32,305 bases of DNA from a virus (taxonomy: Duplodnaviria > Caudoviricetes): positions 1 to 32,305 of IMG/VR virus record IMGVR_UViG_3300025874_000046; one strand, written 5' to 3'. The notes under the pieces were generated by a model, which worked only from the letters and a program-made list of their open reading frames with translations, did no database searches and was not told the origin of the DNA. The first letter of the stretch is position 1, and every line of letters begins with the position of its first letter. Positions 1-8,362 of this stretch are shown one piece after another. The translations under genes were made by a program, and so were the position numbers.

Positions 1-150
1 GATACCGATGCGAATCTAAAAAACCGTGCCAATCACAGTGGTACACAAGCCATAGCAACCGTCACAGGTTTGCAAGACGCTTTAGACAGCAAGAGTGGCA
101 ATGATACCGATGCTAATTTGCAAGCCAGAGCCAATCATACAGGTACCCAA
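1..150 (+). repeat. 102-bp-period coding repeat (DTDANL..RANHxGTQ)
   Basis: gataccgatgcgaatcta at 1 and gataccgatgctaatttg at 103; each is followed by gccaatca and gg(t)ac(a/c)caa. Confidence 0.8.
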
Positions 151-1020
151 GGGCAAAGCACTATTGATAATCTTGTGGCTGATTTAGCCGGCATGCAAGC
201 TGCTCTAACTTTTGGTATTAACGACACAAATTCAGTGAAAATGAATGGCTCTGCTACCCCGGGAGACTATGTTAAATTTACATCTACCGGAGTTGAGGGT
301 GTCAGTACGAGTACCCTCGTGACAGATTTGGATTCGGGACTGTCAAAATCCACAACTCCTAGACTGTCCGCGACAGATGTTCGAGTAACAATTTCGAATT
401 GGGCTGACTATTCATCTCCCACTGTCCATGTGACGGGCGATGGATTTCAGCCGATTTACACGCAAGCGGGCTCAGTACTTTACATAACCAATGCTGGAAT
501 TGGTGCGCATAAAATTTACGTGCAAATTAATGAAAATGGGAAGATTTCTAGCGACACTGCTGCTGCATCATTGACATTGCCGACCTATCGGTATTACCGG
601 ATGACTTTCGAAACTGGATACCTCGGAGGTGGATCAATTGTAAATGAAATTAAATTTTATACAGGTGCGGGACAGACTGGAACGGCATATCCGTCGAATA
701 TGACGTCAAATACCACTCCAAGCCCATTCACTGCTACGCAAAGTGGTTCAACAACGCCCCCTTATAAAGCTTTTGACGGAGCATCATACAACCTGGGCTG
801 GTGGTCCGGCAACGGGGCCGCTGGGTTGAGCAGTGACTATTTGCAAATCGATCTAGGCGCTTCGGTTGAGATTAAATCGATGAAAATGGTTTTTTATGCT
901 TCCTATAATCCGGCTCGAATTACCGTGAAAGGCAGCAAAACAGGGGCTTTCACTGGCGAAGAAATTGTTCTTCTCAGCATGGCGGGACTAGAGGGCGGAT
1001 CAGACATAAACGTTGGATAA
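1..1020 (+). CDS. Virion fibre/decoration protein, 5'-truncated by the window edge, with RANHxGTQ repeats and a C-terminal discoidin (F5/8 type C)-like domain
   Basis: The frame is open from base 1 (DTDANLKNRANHSGTQ...), so the TTG at 70 is not the real start. The 34-aa repeat recurs at 103 (DTDANLQARANHTGTQ). C-terminal motifs YRYYRM...EIKFY, KAFDG, WWS and YLQIDLG are typical of F5/8C domains. Confidence 0.7.
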   Translation, partial: DTDANLKNRANHSGTQAIATVTGLQDALDSKSGNDTDANLQARANHTGTQGQSTIDNLVADLAGMQAALTFGINDTNSVKMNGSATPGDYVKFTSTGVEGVSTSTLVTDLDSGLSKSTTPRLSATDVRVTISNWADYSSPTVHVTGDGFQPIYTQAGSVLYITNAGIGAHKIYVQINENGKISSDTAAASLTLPTYRYYRMTFETGYLGGGSIVNEIKFYTGAGQTGTAYPSNMTSNTTPSPFTATQSGSTTPPYKAFDGASYNLGWWSGNGAAGLSSDYLQIDLGASVEIKSMKMVFYASYNPARITVKGSKTGAFTGEEIVLLSMAGLEGGSDINVG

Positions 1021-1100
1021 GGAACTCAAACAAGGACTTTAGCGGGTAAAAAAACTATCGGCTACATTACAAAGTTTTTTATAATTAAACAGGATTCACT

Positions 1101-1457
1101 ATGTCACAAGTTCAAATTAATAGATCAAATGCGGCTGGCTTTATCCCTGACTCACTTCTACCGGGCGCACTATTTTATAACTCAAAGGATAATAAGTTAT
1201 TTGTAGGCGTTGCAGGAAGTGCCCCTGTGCTTATTACTACAAAGCCAGATGAAATCGCTATTCAGCTAAATGCTGCCCAAGCTATTACAGACACACAAAC
1301 TGCAACTATCGACTCTTTAAAAAGCACGAAGCGTCAAACCATAGTAAGCACTACTGCACCTCAAAACGCGCAATCTGGTGACTTTTGGTTTGATAGCCGT
1401 CGTAAAAAGTTGCATGTGTTTTCAACAGAATGGGTGGCTATGAATAGTATGTCTTAA
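1101..1457 (+). CDS. Small fibre/whisker-like virion protein, paralog of the N-terminal domain of the next gene
   Basis: RBS agga. MSQVQINRS..P..L..G.(L/M)FYNS.DNKL.VG, a short coiled coil and GDFW...STEWV align with residues 1-113 of 1480..2418. Confidence 0.7.
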   Translation: MSQVQINRSNAAGFIPDSLLPGALFYNSKDNKLFVGVAGSAPVLITTKPDEIAIQLNAAQAITDTQTATIDSLKSTKRQTIVSTTAPQNAQSGDFWFDSRRKKLHVFSTEWVAMNSMS

Positions 1458-1479
1458 CTTTCAAATACAGGAAGCCCCC

Positions 1480-2418
1480 ATGTCACAAGTACAAATTAAT
1501 AGATCTGACGTTGCTAATTACGTCCCGGCAACATTGCTGGTCGGCTCCATGTTTTATAACTCAGCCGACAACAAGCTATATGTTGGCGGAGCAAACAACC
1601 AACCAGTTCTGGCATCAAGCACGCCTGCAGCAATTGCAGCACAGCTTTCAGCCATTGAATCGGCCAACAGCGCCCAAGCAGCAGAAATTGCAGCGCTTCA
1701 AGCTGACCAACAAACAACAACAGTAGCAGCACAGCCCCATAGTGCTCCTCAAACCGGAGACTTTTGGCTTAATACTGTAACTACAAAGCTACAGATTTAT
1801 ACTACGGAGTGGGTTGATGTAACGCAAGCTGAGGCAACCAATTGTGGCGCAGGTAGTAATTACCCGGTAAGCACGGACGAGCTATTTCAGCACTTAGTCT
1901 TTACACCGGATGTAGATGAAGTTGCACAAGGTTTGGCTATGCTTGCAACTGCAACAACTTATGCAGAGCAGTATACGGGCCGCTATTTTGTAGAGCGAGA
2001 TATTACGCAGTACTTTAATGATTTCCCTTTCCCGGTTAAAAATAAAAAGCAGCCATTAGCATTGTTTGGTGGTATTACCAGCGAAGTTAAAACCATTACA
2101 TACCATGATGATACTTACACAAATCAACTGCTTGACTCACAGTCTTATCGAGTTGTAGATAAAAATTCAAAAACATATATCTACCCGGCAATGGGCCAAG
2201 ACTGGCCGAATGCTGTAGCAACCGATGAGCCTGGGCATATTGCAGTTACGTATACTACCGGCACTTCTGGCGTGCCAAGTTCAGTTAAATCAGCCATATT
2301 CTTAATAGCCGCATCACTTTGGGAAAACCGAGAAAATGAGCATGTTGGTTCACGAATAATTGCTATTAAATCAAGCCTTGCAGCAAAAGACTTATTACAC
2401 CCTTACAAGTTGAGGTAA
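1480..2418 (+). CDS. Head-tail connector (HK97 gp6/SPP1 gp15-like) with an N-terminal fibre-like domain
   Basis: The C-terminal part has gp6-type motifs PVSTDELFQHL, ATTYAEQYTGR, VPSSVKSAIFLIAASLWENRE and LLHPYK. It lies directly before the head-closure gene. Confidence 0.85.
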   Translation: MSQVQINRSDVANYVPATLLVGSMFYNSADNKLYVGGANNQPVLASSTPAAIAAQLSAIESANSAQAAEIAALQADQQTTTVAAQPHSAPQTGDFWLNTVTTKLQIYTTEWVDVTQAEATNCGAGSNYPVSTDELFQHLVFTPDVDEVAQGLAMLATATTYAEQYTGRYFVERDITQYFNDFPFPVKNKKQPLALFGGITSEVKTITYHDDTYTNQLLDSQSYRVVDKNSKTYIYPAMGQDWPNAVATDEPGHIAVTYTTGTSGVPSSVKSAIFLIAASLWENRENEHVGSRIIAIKSSLAAKDLLHPYKLR

Positions 2419-2422
2419 TACT

Positions 2423-2749
2423 ATGAGAGCCGGTAAATTAAGAAATAAGGCAACCATATATGTACCTACAACAGCGACTAATGATTGGGGCGAGATTGAA
2501 CAAGCCCACACCGCGTTAGGTACCTATGCCTGTAGCATTACAACCAAACCAAAACGAGAGCTTTTAGAAGACGATACAGCAGTCTCCAAGACTGAGTTTG
2601 ACTTGCGTTTCAGATACTATGCAGACCTCGCAAGCCTACCCCGCAGTGCCTATATTGTAGTGGCCGGGCTGACTTTAGAAATAAACTCTATTGCTAACAT
2701 TATGCTTAGAAATAAAGAAATACAAATGGTATGTGAGGAGCGCACATGA
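2423..2749 (+). CDS. Head closure / head-tail adaptor (SPP1 gp16-like)
   Basis: The MRAGKLR start, NDWGE and RFRY motifs, 108-aa size and position after the connector fit this family. Confidence 0.85.
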   Translation: MRAGKLRNKATIYVPTTATNDWGEIEQAHTALGTYACSITTKPKRELLEDDTAVSKTEFDLRFRYYADLASLPRSAYIVVAGLTLEINSIANIMLRNKEIQMVCEERT

Positions 2750-3129
2750 TTGATATTGATTTGCGTACCCATCTGCTTAGTAACTCAAACATTTGTAATA
2801 TGATTGGCACATCAGTTTATGCTTTGCGCCTACCTCAAAACACAAACGCTTCAGCCATTGTATATGACATGGGGGAGGGCTTTGCTGAAACACAAGTTGG
2901 TAGCTTAGAAACTGTGGTCCGACATAGCGTAACTTTATCTGTATATAGCCCAAGCTACGGCAGTATGCGCCAACTAACAAAGCACGTAACAGATCATATA
3001 AACGGCTTTAATGGTGCTATGGGCTCGACCAACGTAACCGGAACCTATTTAGTTTCCACTATTAATACCTACGAAGAAGAGTCAAAGCTCTACCGCACAC
3101 TAATTTTATTAAACATATTCACAAATTAA
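2746..3129 (+). CDS. Tail terminator/completion protein (DUF3168-like)
   Basis: ATGA overlap with the previous gene. Motif VYALRLPQ...AIVY...SVYSPSY, 127 aa, immediately before the tail tube gene. Confidence 0.75.
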   Translation: MIDIDLRTHLLSNSNICNMIGTSVYALRLPQNTNASAIVYDMGEGFAETQVGSLETVVRHSVTLSVYSPSYGSMRQLTKHVTDHINGFNGAMGSTNVTGTYLVSTINTYEEESKLYRTLILLNIFTN

Positions 3130-3139
3130 GGAATAAACA

Positions 3140-3586
3140 ATGAGCAATATTGCATCCCCATTCCATGGCCTAGCTACTGAATTACACATGACAACTGCTA
3201 TTGATGGCACTATCGACGCATCAACTAAAGTTGCTGAAGTTTCATCAGTTGGAACACTCGAGCTGTCAGCTAACATTATAGAGTACAACAGCTATGGCAA
3301 CGCCTATAAGCATAAATTAGTGGGCCAAAAAGACGCAGGCACTTTGAGCTTAACCCTAAACTGGGAGCCAGGTGACGCTTCACATACTGCTTTAAAAGCC
3401 AAGTACGACAACGGCGGCGAGCAAACCTTTGCTGTTCGTTGGGTATCTGGCAGCGAAAATGCCACAGCGCAATTTACAGGCTACATTTCATCTTATTCAA
3501 TTGATACGCCTGTCGAAGACGTTGTAACTGCTAACGTAGAAATTGCTATTGATGGCGCAGTCGCCTTTAACTTAACAACAGCTTAA
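3140..3586 (+). CDS. Major tail tube protein (non-contractile tail)
   Basis: RBS taagga. Motifs GQKDAGTLSLTLNW.PGD and FTGYISSYSIDTPVEDVVTANVEIAIDG are typical of siphophage tail tubes. Followed by a terminator and the chaperone gene. Confidence 0.9.
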   Translation: MSNIASPFHGLATELHMTTAIDGTIDASTKVAEVSSVGTLELSANIIEYNSYGNAYKHKLVGQKDAGTLSLTLNWEPGDASHTALKAKYDNGGEQTFAVRWVSGSENATAQFTGYISSYSIDTPVEDVVTANVEIAIDGAVAFNLTTA

Positions 3587-3599
3587 GTTTTTACACTAT

Positions 3600-3627
3600 G
3601 GCGGCACCCTTTCTGGGTGTCGTCTTT
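3600..3627 (+). terminator. Intrinsic terminator/attenuator after the tail tube gene
   Basis: GGCGGCACCC-tttct-GGGTGTCGTC stem followed by TTT (short U tract). Confidence 0.65.
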
Positions 3628-3658
3628 AATTGTTTAACTATTATTGGAGACTAATGTA

Positions 3659-3994
3659 ATGTTAGATCGTAAAGCTATTTTTCAGGCGGTTGACCTGGAC
3701 ATTAAAGAAGTACCTGTTCCTGAGTGGGGTGGTGATATTTGTATGCGTGGGCTAACTGCACGTGAGCGTGACCACTTTGAAGCCTCAATTGGGCAAGCTG
3801 CTAATCTTGAAAACCTACGGGCACGACTCGTTGTTTTGTGTGTATGTGATGACAAAGGTACACGCACTTTTAAAGATTCAGATGCTGTTGAGCTTGGTAA
3901 AAAGAATGCCCAAGTTGTTAATCGTTTATTTGACCTTGCCCGCAGCATGTCTGGAATGTCGGACGAAGATGTCCAGGAGCTTGAGGGAAACTAA
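3659..3994 (+). CDS. Tail assembly chaperone (lambda gpG-like)
   Basis: ATG at 3659 after GGAG. Motif VPVPEWGGDICMRGLTARERD. Ends in the slippery GGGAAAC-TAA, between tail tube and tape measure genes. Confidence 0.85.
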   Translation: MLDRKAIFQAVDLDIKEVPVPEWGGDICMRGLTARERDHFEASIGQAANLENLRARLVVLCVCDDKGTRTFKDSDAVELGKKNAQVVNRLFDLARSMSGMSDEDVQELEGN

Positions 3995-4042
3995 AACGAG
4001 ACCCAACCCGCAGGTTTAAATTTAGGCTTGCGGGTCACCTCG
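3985..4042 (+). other. Programmed -1 ribosomal frameshift signal (G GGA AAC plus downstream hairpin)
   Basis: The X XXY YYZ heptamer is at 3985-3991. The -1 frame is open into the 4045..4320 ORF. Hairpin ACCCGCAGGTTTA-aatt-TAGGCTTGCGGGT at 4006-4035. Confidence 0.85.
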
Positions 4043-4320
4043 GCATGACCGTGCGCGAATTAGAGAACCGACTATCCTCCAGAGAACTTGCTGAATGGAT
4101 AGCGTACTTCTCAATTGAGCCCTTCGGTGAAGCTCGAGCTGATTACCGGGCAGGTCTCGTAGCTGCAACAGTGGCAAATTGTGCTGGTTCTAAGAAGCCC
4201 CTCCAGCCAACTGATTTTATAAATATATACCAACAACCCAAGACTTTATCTTATATAGATAGACGTCAAGAGCAGGCCGCACAAATGGCTATCTTTAAAC
4301 AACTTGCAGGGAAATCGTAA
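3985..4320 (+). CDS. Tail assembly chaperone frameshift extension (gpGT-like C-terminal part)
   Basis: The -1 frame reads KLKRDPTRRFKFRLAGHLGMTVRELENRLSSRELAEWIAYFSIEPFG, a typical gpT-like motif. Confidence 0.8.
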   Translation, partial: GKLKRDPTRRFKFRLAGHLGMTVRELENRLSSRELAEWIAYFSIEPFGEARADYRAGLVAATVANCAGSKKPLQPTDFINIYQQPKTLSYIDRRQEQAAQMAIFKQLAGKS

Positions 4321-4799
4321 TGGCTAAAAAAGATTTACTAACAGTAAAGGTTAGCGGATTGCGTGAACTTGAAAAGGCGTTAAATGCCATAGATCTTGAT
4401 CTAAGAGAAAACACTCTCAAAGCAGCAGGTAAGCAAGCTATGGAACCTGTTGCCGCGAGGGCTCGCCAGAACGTCACACGTGACACCGGTGGCCTCCGTG
4501 AGACCATCAAAGTACAAGCAACAACAAACGTAAAGCGACTTGCTAAAATGTCTAATAAGAAGGGCACAGCAATGATTGCTAGCGTATATGCGGGCCGTAC
4601 GCGCGTAAAAGCGGGTGTCTCAGGGCACCAAGCCTTGCAAGTCGAATATGGTACATCTAAAAGTAGGGCGCAACCATTCCTACGTCCTGCCATCAGTGGT
4701 AAACAAAAAGTGGTCTTTATGCACTTCCGCAAGCATTTGCGCAAGGGCATCGATGCTACAGCTATTAAACAAGCAAGGCGCAATCGCCGCCTTAAATAA
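4320..4799 (+). CDS. HK97 gp10-like tail completion protein
   Basis: Motifs VSGLRELEKAL, DTGGLRETI and VEYGTSKSRAQPFLRPA; basic protein. Confidence 0.85.
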   Translation: MAKKDLLTVKVSGLRELEKALNAIDLDLRENTLKAAGKQAMEPVAARARQNVTRDTGGLRETIKVQATTNVKRLAKMSNKKGTAMIASVYAGRTRVKAGVSGHQALQVEYGTSKSRAQPFLRPAISGKQKVVFMHFRKHLRKGIDATAIKQARRNRRLK

Positions 4800-4810
4800 A
4801 AGGAAGCACA

Positions 4811-7210
4811 ATGGCTACGATCACACGACTATCCGTGGATCTAGTAGCAAACTCTGCTCAATTCCGTAAAGACCTTAATAAGGCGGCTAAGTCTGCTGAT
4901 AAGTCTTTTGGTTCCATGATGAAAAAAGCTAAAGGCGCTACTGCCGCATTTGCAGGGCTAGGCCTCGCAGCTGGTAAAGTTTTCATGGACTCAGCTAAAA
5001 CTTATGGCAATTTCACGGAAGCATTAAGCGACGTAGAGGCAAAGACTGGCGCATCAGTTAAACAACTGGATCAGCTAGCAACCTCTATGCGTAATGCAGC
5101 AAAAGCTACTAAATTCACAGCAACACAAACCGCAGAAGCTGGTACATTCCTAGCACAAGCCGGGTTGAATGTTAAAGAAATAAATGATGCACTTAGGCCT
5201 ACATTAGATTTGGCAGCCGCCACTAAGACCTCGGTGCAAAACACTGCTGACTTCATGACTAACATTATGAAAGGCATGGGCATGTCTTCGGAAGAGCTTG
5301 GGCGTGCGTCAGATGTCCTAGCGACTACTACAGCAAGTGCAAACACTAACTTAACCGATTTAGCTACGGCTATGTCGTATGCCGCACCGTCCATGCGTGC
5401 AATGAATATGAGCATTGAAGAAACTTCCGCGTTAATTGGTATTATGGCTAACGCAGGTATTAAGGGCTCGATGGCTGGTACAGCTTTGCGTAGGACCTTT
5501 GTTGCGTTATCTACAACTGGTGGCGTAATGGCCTCACAGATTGCTGATGCAACCGGAACAATGACTCTACAAACAAAGACACTTCGTAAGCTAGGCGTCG
5601 CGTCATTAGATGCTAACGGCAAAGTACGTAACCTAACTGAAATGCTAAATGATCTTAAAGCTGCTGGCGCTGATGAAGGCGACATGATTAAGATCTTTGG
5701 TGCGCGTTCAGGTTCTGCTTTGATGCAGTTTATGAATGAAGGCTTGATGGACGCTGAGAGGCTTAGAGCTAAACTTGAAGAAGCTAAAGGCGCTGCTGAG
5801 CGTATGGCTGCCGTGCAGATGAATAATCTAAACGGTGATCTATTACTTATGAACTCGCAGTTCAAAGAAATGCAAATGATTGCTGCTGAAAGTGGTATTA
5901 ATGATTTGTTCAGATCAATGGCTCAAATGGCTACAAAGTTTATGAAAGACATAGAGCCATTCTTAAAGACCATTGCACCTGCCTTTGATGAGATTGCAAT
6001 CGCCCTTGGTGTTATTGGGGGTGCCGTTATATTAGGTGGCATAGTAGCCTTAACAGGTGCTATGTGGGGCCTTGCGGCTGCAATGCTTGCCAATCCAGTC
6101 ACATGGATTGTTGCAGCGTTTGCTGGCTTAGCTATTGTTGTCTATAAAAACATAGATGAAATAACTTTTTATTGGCACCGGTTTACCAAAAACATGGGTA
6201 TATTTGCCAATAACATTTCAGGTCTAGTTTCAAGTGCTTGGGCGAATATAGGCACAAACCTACAAATCGCGTTTGTTAAAATGCAGTTAGGCTTAGCGAC
6301 ATTTAAGCAGAAGTTTTTAAGCATTTTTAATGGGCTACTTTCAGAGCTTAACCCTTCGGTTAACAAGCTAATTGAAATGTATAATTCTATCCCGTTCCTA
6401 GATGATGCAAAGCCAATCACACTCAATATAGATACAAGTGCTGCTGATGCTAAAGTCACTAAACTAAAAGATGAGCTTGTTAATTTAAGTGCCAGTCTTA
6501 ATACATTTACACAGCAATCCTTGGATAATTCAGTGTTTACACCAAGCGCTGAAGAGGGCTTAACAGGCCCAGGCATTGAAGATGTTATTTCACCTGAAAG
6601 CAAAGCATTAACCGAGCAAGAGCAACTTCGTGCAGACCTTGAAGCTAAGGCTCAAATTGAAATGGGTCACCTTAAAAAGCTATTCAATATGAAAGCTGAT
6701 TGGGGGCAAAAGACAACTGACCTAGCAACAGGTGGTTGGGAAGATATTATTGATGCCGGCGCTAAGGGTTCAAAGAAATTAGCCATGATTCAAAAGGCAT
6801 CAGCCATTAGGTCAATCCTAACATCAACAGCAACAGGTATTGCAAAAGCACTCGAATTACCATTTCCGGCAAACATTGCCGCAGGCATTAAAGCTGCTGC
6901 TGCGGGTGCCATCCAACTGCAAAAAGTAAAAGGTCAATTCCATGACGGTATTGATAGTGTACCCGGTACTGGAACTTACCTACTTGAGCAGGGTGAGCGT
7001 GTAGTCGACAACAGACTAAACAAAGACTTGTCGTCATACCTTGCTGCTCAAAACTCAAGCAACTCTGTAACTAATAATCCAACACTTAACTTTAATGTAA
7101 GTGGGGGTGATGCAGAAAATGTTGAGCAAATGCTATTAAACCACCGTGGTAAATTTGAAGGAATGATTCGTGATATATACAACGAGTCTGCTCAAAACAG
7201 TCCATTTTAA
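4811..7210 (+). CDS. Tail tape measure protein (TP901-type core)
   Basis: 799 aa, Ala/Gly-rich and helical. Motifs LSVDLVANSAQF, TKFTATQTAEA, ANTNLTDL, GIKGSMAGTALR and MNNLNGD, an internal hydrophobic stretch, and C-terminal FHDG...GERVV. Confidence 0.95.
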   Translation: MATITRLSVDLVANSAQFRKDLNKAAKSADKSFGSMMKKAKGATAAFAGLGLAAGKVFMDSAKTYGNFTEALSDVEAKTGASVKQLDQLATSMRNAAKATKFTATQTAEAGTFLAQAGLNVKEINDALRPTLDLAAATKTSVQNTADFMTNIMKGMGMSSEELGRASDVLATTTASANTNLTDLATAMSYAAPSMRAMNMSIEETSALIGIMANAGIKGSMAGTALRRTFVALSTTGGVMASQIADATGTMTLQTKTLRKLGVASLDANGKVRNLTEMLNDLKAAGADEGDMIKIFGARSGSALMQFMNEGLMDAERLRAKLEEAKGAAERMAAVQMNNLNGDLLLMNSQFKEMQMIAAESGINDLFRSMAQMATKFMKDIEPFLKTIAPAFDEIAIALGVIGGAVILGGIVALTGAMWGLAAAMLANPVTWIVAAFAGLAIVVYKNIDEITFYWHRFTKNMGIFANNISGLVSSAWANIGTNLQIAFVKMQLGLATFKQKFLSIFNGLLSELNPSVNKLIEMYNSIPFLDDAKPITLNIDTSAADAKVTKLKDELVNLSASLNTFTQQSLDNSVFTPSAEEGLTGPGIEDVISPESKALTEQEQLRADLEAKAQIEMGHLKKLFNMKADWGQKTTDLATGGWEDIIDAGAKGSKKLAMIQKASAIRSILTSTATGIAKALELPFPANIAAGIKAAAAGAIQLQKVKGQFHDGIDSVPGTGTYLLEQGERVVDNRLNKDLSSYLAAQNSSNSVTNNPTLNFNVSGGDAENVEQMLLNHRGKFEGMIRDIYNESAQNSPF

Positions 7211-7220
7211 TCAATCTGAT

Positions 7221-7306
7221 CCATAAGTGATCCGTGTCGCACTAAGCCATAAACTTATATAAACATTAAGGGCTATAGCTTAGAGCGCGACACGGGTTAA
7301 ATATGG
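7221..7306 (+). other. Long imperfect intergenic stem-loop
   Basis: CCGTGTCGC (7232-7240) pairs with GCGACACGG (7287-7295). Inner CTAAGCCATA/TATAGCTTAG and outer CCATA/TATGG extend the stem. Confidence 0.65.
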
Positions 7307-7336
7307 GCTTCCTAATTCAAAATAAGGAGCATTTTT

Positions 7337-7810
7337 ATGTCATCTTTGTTACTCCCAGTGAGTCCAGAGCCCATTTCTTACAAGATTAGCTCCAAAGTAA
7401 ATACACTTCAGTCTGAAAGTTTATCAGGCAAAATACTAACTAGAAAAGTAGGTGGCCAGCGTTTTGAAGCTACCTTAGTTTTTCCGCCAATGCAGCGTGA
7501 AAGTTTTAGCGCAATACATGCATTCCTTATGGAGCGGGAAGGGGCTAATGGTATTTTTTACGTAAAAATTCCAGTGTTTGGTACTACGCCAGGGGCTGCT
7601 GGTGAATACATAAATTATAGCAACTCAACCAAACTGTACATGGTTAAGTCTGATGGTGTAAATACATACCCAGATCAATTAATTGCTGGTGGTACCGTTG
7701 AAATGAACAATGTCTCCTTACGCTGCTCTTTAAAAAGTAATGTCCAGATTATTGAGTATGGTACTGATGGTACTGTTCGAATTGAAATCGATGTTGTGGA
7801 GCGAATCTAA
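7337..7810 (+). CDS. Distal tail (Dit-like) protein
   Basis: RBS taaggag. First gene after the tape measure, with motif SLSGK..TR..GGQRFEATLVFPPM. Confidence 0.7.
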   Translation: MSSLLLPVSPEPISYKISSKVNTLQSESLSGKILTRKVGGQRFEATLVFPPMQRESFSAIHAFLMEREGANGIFYVKIPVFGTTPGAAGEYINYSNSTKLYMVKSDGVNTYPDQLIAGGTVEMNNVSLRCSLKSNVQIIEYGTDGTVRIEIDVVERI

Positions 7811-8352
7811 TGTTAAACGTTTCAAATACTTTACGCACCGCGCTTGCGGGCGACAACTTTGAGTATGCCTACATTGTAGACCTTCCAGTTGATTTACATT
7901 ATACAAATCATGGTAAGGACTTAGTTGTTAATAATACTAGTTATAACTCAAATGGCTTGCTTGTTAAGTTTGCACAAGTTAATCAAACCCAAGAATTGAG
8001 TCTTGCCACGTATTCCTTAGAGCTCTCAAATGTTGATAACTCTGTTGCTAAGGCTTATAGCTCAGGCAACTTTAGGGGGCTTACAGGCACCATTTCCCTA
8101 GCCGTCCTTGTAAATGGTGTTGTTCAAGGTATGCCTTTAATTATTTATAAAGGGACTATTGATTCATTTAGCATTCGTGAAACAAACAAAACCTCAGTAT
8201 TAGCAATTAAGTTAACTTCACACTGGGCAAGCTACAACCAAAAGGCAGGCAGGTATTCGTCAGATAGCTTACAACAGGATCTTTATTCCGGAGATCGCAT
8301 TTTTAAATATGCCCACAGTGAACAAAACAACATTGGGTGGGGTAAACGTTAA
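7810..8352 (+). CDS. Minor tail / hub protein (gpL-like position)
   Basis: TAATG overlap. Motifs IYKGTIDSFSI, SHWA...GR...Q...GDRIFKY and WGKR are typical of siphophage hub proteins. Confidence 0.7.
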   Translation: MLNVSNTLRTALAGDNFEYAYIVDLPVDLHYTNHGKDLVVNNTSYNSNGLLVKFAQVNQTQELSLATYSLELSNVDNSVAKAYSSGNFRGLTGTISLAVLVNGVVQGMPLIIYKGTIDSFSIRETNKTSVLAIKLTSHWASYNQKAGRYSSDSLQQDLYSGDRIFKYAHSEQNNIGWGKR

Positions 8353-8362
8353 GGAGTAGCCT

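Noticed and set aside
5071-6603. Long minus-strand ORFs (5071..5865, 6169..6603) and similar antisense ORFs over the tail, int, RNAP, primase, RNR and pol genes
   Set aside because: They are shadow frames of well-supported + strand genes, with no RBS or recognisable motifs.
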